DNA of 58,227 nt, counting the filler, from Sphacelaria rigidula (Eukaryota): NCBI GenBank assembly GCA_964200075.2. It is 6 parts of 6 records of this genome, joined end to end, with 100 filler letters (N's around TTAATTAATTAA, not from the genome) between each part and the next. Parts side by side here need not be neighbours in the genome. Positions count along the whole stretch, not along the records: positions 48,608 to 58,227 come from CAXNAA020008086.1; 5 more parts are not named here. The stretch is one strand, 5' to 3'. The notes under the pieces are model-generated. The model saw only the letters and a program-made list of their open reading frames with translations, was not told the DNA's origin and did no database searches. Of this stretch, positions 49,242-58,227 are shown one piece after another (position 1 is the stretch's first letter; the number at the start of each line of letters is the position of its first letter). A program made the position numbers and the translations under genes.

Positions 49242-50269
49242 CAGGCTGGTTCACGATGATCACCCAAAATTGTGTCATCAGCAAATGCCTTCCGCAATAC
49301 GCACCCAATAGTCGCATATATGGTATCATACTGACCGCAATGAAGAGACGAAGAGGGTGACATAGCCGGATTTTTGTTCAGNNNNNNNNNNGCTATGGAC
49401 GAAAATGTGTCTCAGCCAATCAGCGCCCTTCAAACTATTCCGAGATCTAAATTACGAATACTAATCTTGCCTTGACGTCATATTCACCGCAAAAGACGTT
49501 TCTATACTAAAATCAAGTAGTTAGGAGTTGCACGTTTCAAGCCCGCGTCCTCCACAAACGCGCAAACTTTCACGCTATCATTGCGAGGTAGATTCTGAAA
49601 CGTCGAATAAAGATGCCATGTATCATTATGCAACTTTCTACGAACGATGGTTATTGTACTTCTTGAGTTTTTCAGCGTTTTTCGGGGGTCCGACGGGATC
49701 GAAGTTGTTTTTCGAAGTAGTCTCTATTCTGGGACCCCAGAAAAACGGCTCCACGATTTTTTTTTCCATGTTTCGCGACCCATCTGCCTCCGCACAACCC
49801 AAGGATGGGCTCCACAATTTTTCGTCGCAAACCTCGATCAAGTGGTGCTTGAATTTCCATATTCACGTCAAAAAAGGCCCAAAAACGCCGTTTTGCTACT
49901 AAAATCAAGTTGTTTGCGGTTTCACCGCGGCACGGCAAAGTTTATCGCACAAGAGCGAAAAACCTCACGCCGTTTTAAGGAGTTAGAGCCCGAAATTTTG
50001 TACAACTGAGCTCTGGGTCATTGCGCAACTTTGGATGAAAGTTTTTTTTTTGTTACCGTTCTACGGGGGTCCCGTCAGGTCGAGGTTTCCCCCAAGAAAC
50101 TGGGACCCCCGAAAAGCGGTGAAAGAAGTCAAGAAGTAAAAAAACTCGACCTTCGAAAGTTGCGTTATTACCATAGAATATTCGTGCAAAATTGCAGCGT
50201 CTTACTCCTCAGAACGGCGTGAGGTTTTGCCGATGAGTGTTTCTTGGGTGATCAACGTGAACCAGCCTG
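49242..50269. mobile_element. About 1.03-kb non-autonomous Tc1/mariner-type element (MITE)
   Basis: TIRs CAGGCTGGTTCACG.TGATCACCCA / TGGGTGATCA.CGTGAACCAGCCTG flanked by TA on both sides. No transposase ORF. Confidence 0.85.
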
Positions 50270-50639
50270 TAGCGAGAAAGGAGCACTTCTGAACCCCAAA
50301 TGAGGCACAGTCCAAGTCAGTCCATCTGCGGGGGTCGCTGTCTAAGGGTCACTCCGATCCTGATGAAGTCAAATGACCCACGAATGACGTCTAGAGGTTG
50401 TGAGTTGGGCTTTATCTCGCAGGCCTGTAATTGGTCACACGAAAAGCATGTGCGTTCGTTCTGTTTTTGGTTTCTGGTTGTCACCAGCTCCCATGACACG
50501 ATATTAGAGGGTATGATGTCATTGCTTCAAAAATCGTACAGCCACGTTTCCTACGGGGCTTGGCGCGTGCGAAAATCTCATACAGCGACGGACGGGACTG
50601 GACATGTGACAGACTCCGTATATTTTGACAGGATGGTGA

Positions 50640-51690
50640 AAATTTCCAAGGTTGTGTTCTGTAGGGTACGGATACGTTCTGTAGGGTATGAGATTCTGTA
50701 CAGACTTTACAGAACTTATCGGGTACGGTATGGGAGGCTTACAGAGAACCGGTACCGGCAGTCGCGTAACTCTTTTCGGGTATACCCGCCCCTCTGGTTC
50801 GGGTAAATGTTGTGTACAGAGCTTACAGAACTATCGGGTACGGTATGGGAGGCTTTCAGAGAACCGGTACCGGCAGTCGCGTAACTCTTTTCGGGTATAC
50901 CCGCCTTTCGGTTTCGGGTAAATGTATTGTACAGAACTTACAGAACTATCGGGTAAGGGTATGAAAGTCTTACAGAGATTACAGAACTGTCGGTGTATAC
51001 CCGGAAAAATACTCCGGGTATACAGAAAACCGTACCTTACAGAACACAACCTTGGATTTTTTGGTTGGGGTGCTGAAATGAATGAGAGGGCAGGGTGTGG
51101 TTGTAGGAGCTGGGAGGTACATGTTCTGGTCATTAGATTATGTTTCGATCGAACCTATATCCATACTTCCAGAGGGTGTATACCTGTGCTCGTACCTGCA
51201 AGGGTGTACCCTAACCCCGGGTAGGGGTTCAGGAAGCTTACCGAGTTTACAGAACTGTCGGGTACCGGTATGAAAGTCTTACAGACTTTACAGAACTTGT
51301 CGGGTACGGTACGGGAAGCTTACAGAGAACCGGTACTGGCAGTCGCGTCACTCTTTTCGGGTATACCCGCCTTTCGGGTTCGGGTAAATGTTGTGTACAT
51401 AACTTACAAAACTATCGGGTACCGGTATGAAATTCTTACAGACTTTACAGAACTTATCGGGTACGGTATGGGAGGCTTACAGAGAACCGGTACTGGCAAT
51501 CGGGTAACTCTTTTCGGGTATACCCGCCCTTCGGGTTCGGGTAAATGTATTGTACAGAACTTACAGAACTATCGAGTAAGGGTATGAAAGTCTTACAGAG
51601 ATTACAAAACTGTCGGGTACGGTAGATACCGGGAAAAATACTCCGGGTATACAGAAAACCGTACCTTACAGAACACAACCGTGGAAATTT
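50640..51690. mobile_element. TIR-bounded element made of internal minisatellite units (TTACAGAACT...CGGGTAC), one left end and two right ends
   Basis: Left TIR AAATTTCCAAGGTTGTGTTCTGTAGGGTACGG at 50640, complementary ends at about 51030-51060 and 51659-51690, and about 115-bp internal units. Confidence 0.7.
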
Positions 51691-53991
51691 CTACTGCAAC
51701 TTGCATATTTTTTAGGTGAAATCGAAGACGTTCCGAAAATCTATATCAGACCTTCTTGTCCCGTAGAGACTCAGTGCAGACGACACAGTAGTAGTTGGCG
51801 GTGATACATAGACCCCCACGATCGTCCGAATAAAAACATATCCAAGACGGCACAGGATGCTTCCACCCGGAGGCTTGGGGGCGGTAACCTCGGGGGTGGG
51901 AGGGTGTACTCATGATCATGCTTGCCATAGTCGGGGGTGGGAGGGGGGGGGTGAGCCACCGCGACCAGGCCATGTGGCCGTTTTATACGTGTTACTACTG
52001 TGGAGTGTATCGCATGGACTCGGGTGCAGGGGAGACGTGACGGGAAGGTGCAGACCTCTTGTCTCCACCATCCGCGAAGCACGACGATACTCTAGTGACG
52101 GGAATGGATGATGACCTGACGTGACAGGATATACATTCCACGATAACATTTCAGGAAACATGCGAGGGGACGATACCTTGCTGTATGCGTATGTGCGTGT
52201 TCAGGACAAGGTTCTCTACTATGGTATTCGTGCAAGACAACAACGTGCTCCAGCGGCAACACCGAGATCGTAGCCCTTGCAATACGGTTGTGGTTCGACC
52301 ACTACTCACGTTACCAGAATGGCCCGCTCGCTGTCCGCGTTGAAATACTCTTGAAGCAAGCCTCAGTCCGGTTGTCAATCGAGCATTGGATCCAGATCAA
52401 CGAACGGAGTTGCATTTGAAGAAGAGCAGTTGGCACCTTCAAAAGCTGTTGGCTTTTAGTTTGGGGAAGAAGGAAGCTCGCGAAGAGCAGGCGTGTTCTA
52501 TGCGCTATGCCCGGCTGGCCCGACGATATGCCCTGACAGGCCCCACCCGGTGCATATACAAGACCCCGGCGCCTACCGAATAGCTCTCCCTGAGATACGT
52601 ACACCACCAGGGTTTTGCTGGCACGAGCCTATAGTGTATTTTGGGAGCCACCGAACTTGGGCGCCGATGCCAACATTTAGTATGGTCCAACATTCGGTCG
52701 TGAAACATGTCTGTTGTGTACGTTGTGCCGGAGTCGTCAACATGCTGTAATTAGTGGGCGACCCGCACCGGGTGTATTTTGAGGGTGTCAACACAGCAGT
52801 TCGGTCGAAATCAATGGTCACAAGTTCGATCCGCTACAGTAATAGCGAGTGACTACTCTACCGATATTGTGCGGGGGTCCCACCATAGCGGGATCATGCC
52901 GGGCTGACGATCCACAGCACCATGCTGAGATTCCCAGTGTACTAATGAACGGAGGAGGGCTCACCCCAGTTCGGCTCCCCAAATTCATGGTTGAGAAGTT
53001 TGGCGTTTGTAAAATAACGTTAGGGTTAGGCCCTGACCCTGACCCTAATCCCAACCAAGGCATACCGAGAACCCTCGGGCAAAGGAGTTGCCGACGGTGC
53101 CCTAGGCAAAGTGTGCGCTGGCAGACTTCGAATCGGCGCCTGTGGTTTGGACAAAAATGTGTCTCGCACGCTGGGATTACTCGGGACTGTCAACCTCACT
53201 AAAGATCTTTTCGTTACACTAAAACATCTATATTTCCATCATGGGCTCGGGAAGTCGAACTGGGGAAAACCCCTTGACTGAAAGTCGGCAAAGCACCCCT
53301 TTGGCTGCTGATTTTCTTGCGCAACGGCAGGCGTCCGTTGCTAGTGGCGAACCGACGAACCAGCAGTAGTGTTCCGTCGGCACTCTGCTGCATGCCGTCC
53401 CCCTTTGTGTGTGCTACTTGCACTACACTTTACCTCGCTCTCCTTACTGAACTTGATGCATCATTCGGTACCAATTGTGATGACATTTGTTTACACGTTT
53501 GCGTTTTATTACTGCGCGACAATGCACCGTTGTACCGTGAAATTGGCCACACTCCGATTTGTCCAAATGAAGATGCTTTTACACCCGTACCTGTCGATGT
53601 TCCCGAGTACTGTGGCCCACATGGTTGGATGCGTGGAGATTTTAGTATCACCTGCATTATAGTTTTGAGAGCTATATATGCATTCAACGTCTTCGTCGGA
53701 AATGGTAAATCTGGCAGGCAGGTAGAGTGTATGTGTTTCTATTACGTTATTCTGGTGACGTTTTTTTCACGCGTCGTTTTTTGTGTAATCCTTGCTAAAC
53801 ACCGATATGCATGTAGGGTCCGTCTACGACTGCAATGACCCATCCTTACGAAGAACTCGTGAGACTGTCTGTGTGACCGGCCAAAAATTCAAAACAATTC
53901 AATCCATGCATTTGAACGTCAAAGTGTACATGGTTGTGCAGGTCAGGTCTCGAGGTCCACTGTAGCTCAACAGGTTTCTGGAGTAGGGCGG

Positions 53992-54346
53992 GTGTGTGTG
54001 TTGTCGTCCCATCTATTCTGGACGCCGGTCTACACCTTTCGGTGTGAGTGGGCGCACCAGCCGGGGTCATACAAGAGGAAGATCATCACGCGAGTTTTTT
54101 CTCTTTCATGTGTTTCTAGTACTCCACCTTCCTTCTGCAGTGCTTCCCTTTCTTTTTTATCGTGAGAGGGGTTCAGCAGTTCCTTTCCCTTGTCGACCGG
54201 TGAGTCGAATTTTGTGTACCCACGACATGGTCGCTCCCCACTGTTGGGCATGGTATGGAGAAAAATCCCAGATCGCTCTGAGGTTTGAACCCACGACCTA
54301 ACCGTTAGGAGGTTTCGAGGTTACCAACTGAGCCACCGGGGCGACC
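53992..54346 (-). mobile_element. tRNA-derived SINE family 1, near full length
   Basis: Minus-strand head GGTCGCCCCGGTGGCTCAGTTGG (A box) and GGTTCAAACC (B box), with a (CA)n tail. Body matches 38887-39130 and 5805-5888. Confidence 0.8.
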
Positions 54347-55479
54347 GGTAGTGTAGAATAATAGTTGGTGTGATGAAGAATCAACGCTTATGTAGAACGA
54401 GAGAGCTGTGGGCCCCGATGAGGTTGTGCTGCTTCCGTGCATGGAGTCATGATGATGATCGTGCAAGCACGAGCCACCACCAATGGAGCGCGTAGGCACA
54501 CATCGTTGGAACACGACAGCTGTGACAACCTCACACATTTGCTGCGTCCATGTGCGAGAGCTACTACCATGTTTTTTTATGTCTTGACATGATGCCACGC
54601 ACGTGATCCACAGGGCAATGCGACACCCCACCACACCGCAAGCACTTGCCGGAAAGAGAAACATAAGACGTGTGTGTATATGTATGTGTATGTATGTCGA
54701 CGCAGGGAGGGTGTATGTGCCCTGATAAAAAATGCTCGCGTGCGTATTGGCCTCGTGTGTCCTGACGGAGTAAATGAGTAACTGACTAGATTAATCTCAC
54801 TTCCCTTTCCCCGTTCCGCTCATCGCCCATCGCCCTCCGTCCCGTGCGTATCCACATCGGCTTCCTGCAACGCTGCCTCCTGTTACAAGTGCTGTGTACA
54901 GAACGCTGTGTACAGAAAAGGAGATATTTCCAGGGACGCTCTGAGACAGCTGCCCACCCGCTGGGTCGAACCCGTTGCCTTGGCTTTACCGGACGGCGAA
55001 GCCAAGCAAGACGCACGGCACGCCAACTTCAGCTCCGTCATTCCTGTATTTTTCTGGCGGCGATCGGCCGTTTGTTTCCGCCCCTGGATCGGTTTTCCTG
55101 AACCAGTCGGAGGAGGGCAGGGTGGCGGGAGTGGGTGGGTGCTGCTTCGGGCGCGGCCAGTACGCACACGGGAGTAGGGAAAACATCAAGGGTGACTGGC
55201 AGGCGACCATCCATCCGGATATTTTGGGGACGAAATAGTTTTTTTTTTTTTTTTGGAACTTTTATTATTCGTTGTGGAGCTGTACACAACCGCGAGATCC
55301 GGAAGCCGCGTTGCTCCGCTAGCAGCGGTAACTAGGAGGAAGTGAGCTGAGCGTGAGTATCCAAAAGGTCGGTGTCGACGCGGGCGGTTGGGATTGAGGA
55401 GACCGGCGGTGATTGATCTGACAGTAGTACGTTCTAGTGTGAAGGAGGGGGCGACAGGCGGAGCCCGCACGGCGCAAAG

Positions 55480-55578
55480 ATGAGCGGGAGTCACTTATCG
55501 AAGGACTTTTTCGAGCTGGTGAAAGCCATCGGCGAGAGCAAGTCGAAACAGGAGGAAGACCGGATTATCATGATCGAG
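55480..55578 (+). CDS. AP4E1: Exon 1 of AP-4 adaptor complex subunit epsilon (MSGSHLSKDFFELVKAIGESKSKQEEDRIIMIE)
   Basis: The translation carries the conserved epsilon-adaptin N-terminal motif F.ELVKAIGESKSKQEEDRII. ATG at 55480, donor GAG|gtaggt at 55579. Too short for the ORF track; exon 2 not recognised in the remaining 2.6 kb. Confidence 0.85.
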
Positions 55579-55671
55579 GTAGGTCTTGATTTTGTTCCGA
55601 AAGTGGGCGATACCCATCCCCCTTCAAATGAGTGAATTCGTACAACTTGACCCTTTTGGAACTCACAATTG

Positions 55672-55744
55672 CGTCTATCATGAGACGACGGCTAGACCCC
55701 TAGGGGGTCAGTTGAAGTGCGACAATCAATCATCAATAATCAAA
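55672..55744 (+). repeat. Same 3' terminus, 5'-truncated, in AP4E intron 1
   Basis: catgagacgacggctagacccctagggggtcagttgaagtgcgacaatcaatca matches 30561-30615. Confidence 0.6.
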
Positions 55745-58227
55745 CGGAAAATTGATTATTTGCAATCGACGGTTTTTGAACAAGATATGGTTGATGGTTC
55801 ACGGCTCAGACGCAACAATATTCGCCCAATGAGTATTTTTCAGACCCGTGCGAGCGACAACTGGAACAAGGAAAGGTTTCCTATTTACCGATGTGCCGTA
55901 CCAGAACCAGACCCGGGAACCCATTGCTGTTTTTTGAATGGAATATTTCATAGTGTTTTTGCTAATTATTGTCGATGGATACAATTGGACATACTTCATC
56001 TGTTGCGTGGTATTGTTGGACAAACCTCATCCGACCTCTCCAGGGCGGACACTTTTCCTGCGCCCGCCGCGTGTGCCACTGAATTCTTCTTCGGTTTTCC
56101 AGTATGAAAATGGTTGCCGTCGGCCTTTTCTGTTCTCATACTTTCTTCTTTGTCAGGGCTTCTTGTACTGAGGCGTTTGGCCCGGGGACAAGAGAGGAGT
56201 GTTCGAAAAGGATTAATATACGGTATTTACCCAGTTGGTTTTTTCGCAAGCGATTTGTCTCCCTCGCTCGGAATGTTTGGAGTTGATGAGCAATGGAAAA
56301 AGAAGCAATTAGTAAAATAAGCAGGTAGTGCCCAGGGTATGTATTACATCGTGTGCTGTAGAAACCATGCGGAGTAAATCCCCATTTGTCGAGGAGGTGT
56401 TATTGGCCGTATATGATGGAACAGAACACGTTTTTTTTCATGTAGCTCAATGAATATCGAGAAGAAAAAAGACTAAATTATAGAAATGTTGATCATGAAA
56501 ATCCGGAGATGATGAGCATACCCCCATGCAGAGACCGGTTAGCCCGCCAGCCGCTCAAACTTCATCGTGGGAGTTAGTTTACTCTTGGAATTCGTTCCGG
56601 GTATTGATATCCTTCTGTTGCCAATTTATTGGTGTTGAACATTCATCTTGACGAGTCTTGCTAACCAGAAAATATTGAAAACTTAACTGCTTTCATTCGG
56701 TCCAAACTATGTTTTCTCGATATTGACAAATATATGTCTTGTCTGTGACGTCGTGTACACACGATATGTAACATCTGGTCTACGATACACACAAAAGGTA
56801 TGTAGCAAGGTGGTGCTGTTTTAATTCTATGTGTGCGCCCCCCCGCCCCCTCATTTCATTTCTCTTTTTTTCCCCCTTTTCTAATTTCTTTCACTGTTCT
56901 TCAATACTGTACATACAGACGCTTCGTTTCGTGCCGTGTTTTTATTTACAGTAACCGTGCGACTGTGCCGCCGCGCTCCGTTGATCTAAATTCAATTGAT
57001 ACGAAAATCGCAGCCAGTTGAAACGGAAGGTCGCGGGTCCGAAGTACAGACGTGTGGGGTAGCATTTTTTTCAGCGGAATCTGGCTTTTCGTGGTTTGAA
57101 GCATGATGACGTCAGTAGCGAAGAACAGTTGATGATGACTCGATGTAATACGGCAGTGCTGACTAATAATATGATACAATCCTCGATATCAAAATGCTAG
57201 GCAGGGGTGTGGGGCCGGGTTGGGGGGGGGGCGGAGAGGGGGGGGTTGTACTCATTTGTTGTTCGCCTTATTAGCCGTCTGACCGTTGACCACGCATCCC
57301 TTTCTTTTATAGGTACACGGGAGGGGGGGAGGAAAATTATATTTGATCCCTCGAGACTACGGCCTCATCTCGAGGAAGGAAGATGAATCGACAGTAAAGT
57401 TTATCCCTTGGTAGGTATGAAAAAATCTTATTTGGTTTTAGTGTGGACATCGAAATCCGGATCTTTAATGGGGACTGTGCTCCTGGCGCCCGCAGACCGC
57501 GTTTTCGTGTAAATCGACGCTGGAGGCGCCGGTTTGAGGTCCGGCAATGTACATTTTGCCTTGGGAACAGTTTGCACCCCCCCTTGGGTTGCTCCTTCTC
57601 CAAAGGGATCCGTGTTCAATGGTCAAACGACTTGGGCAAGCAACGAATGAGTACGCCCCGCTTGCCCGAGGATTCTCGGTCTGCCTTCGTTGGGGTGAGG
57701 GTTAGGGTTTTCGGTTTAGGGTTATTCGGAATAATAAATGTCTGAGGAAGTTCTTTACCTATCAAGTGGTAAACTACCCTCGGAGTTGAAGATTCGATGG
57801 AAAATAACATGAAAGTGGGGAGCATGCCACAACAATTTCACCGCCTGGTTCCTGCAGTAGTACAATCTCACCTCTTTGTAGAATCCATCTATGGCCCGGT
57901 CTGCACCTGTTGTTTGAGAGAACCGGGAGCCTCACTATAAAGTCGTCTAGACAGCCTGCTGCGCTTCTGGTCCGTGTGTTTCTAATTTGAAGAAATATCA
58001 AGTTACGTCATTCGGTTTCTGTATGAAAATACAGTAACAGAGTTGCTAGGTAACGTGGTGGTACTGTCGGGGTACAATACAAGACCCTTTTTTTTGTCAT
58101 GATCCATATGGATGGATGTTTCTCATAACGCAAGTTCTCTCCTCGCCCCCCACGTTATCGTTGTTGTCGTCGTTCGGCCCCCCCGCCCGTTTATGGATCA
58201 TGATCTTTCCCCCCCCCCCCCCCCTTC

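Noticed and set aside
50640..51690. CRISPR-like array
   Set aside because: No unique spacers and no cas genes; the units are tandem and TIR-bounded in a eukaryotic context.
54270..54346. Functional tRNA gene
   Set aside because: A and B boxes are present, but I cannot build a canonical cloverleaf and it continues into a repeated SINE body.
8176..55479. A 47-kb VPS8 intron or a truncated VPS8 pseudogene
   Set aside because: The segment ends at 9622; missing exons reflect the composite window.

Overview
This is eukaryotic, intron-rich and transposon-dense DNA, most consistent with a brown alga or another stramenopile (inferred from the gene fragments and repeat types). It is not one locus. 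Six almost equal pieces (1-9622, 9723-19344, 19445-29065, 29166-38786, 38887-48507, 48608-58227; 9620-9622 bp each) are joined by identical 100-bp N44-TTAATTAATTAA-N44 linkers, so adjacency across linkers carries no meaning. The host gene fragments are two 5' exons of a probable VPS8 gene (+), two 5' exons of a divergently transcribed, possibly plastid-targeted protein (-), and exon 1 of AP-4 complex subunit epsilon (+). Segments 2-3 hold decayed Ty3/Gypsy retrotransposons. Family A has two copies with about 1900 codons of Gag and low-complexity sequence ahead of the protease. Family B is a chromodomain-bearing element whose two 248-bp LTRs face each other across a LINE endonuclease fragment. 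The rest contains two tRNA-derived SINE families, LINE 3' tails, many MITEs (Tc1/mariner-, Harbinger- and P/hAT-like, plus foldbacks), a pre-miRNA-like hairpin and a telomere-motif repeat. I see no complete, intact novel multi-gene system. The best leads are the giant-Gag Gypsy family, the in-frame A/B chimera, the hairpin and the telomere-motif element.
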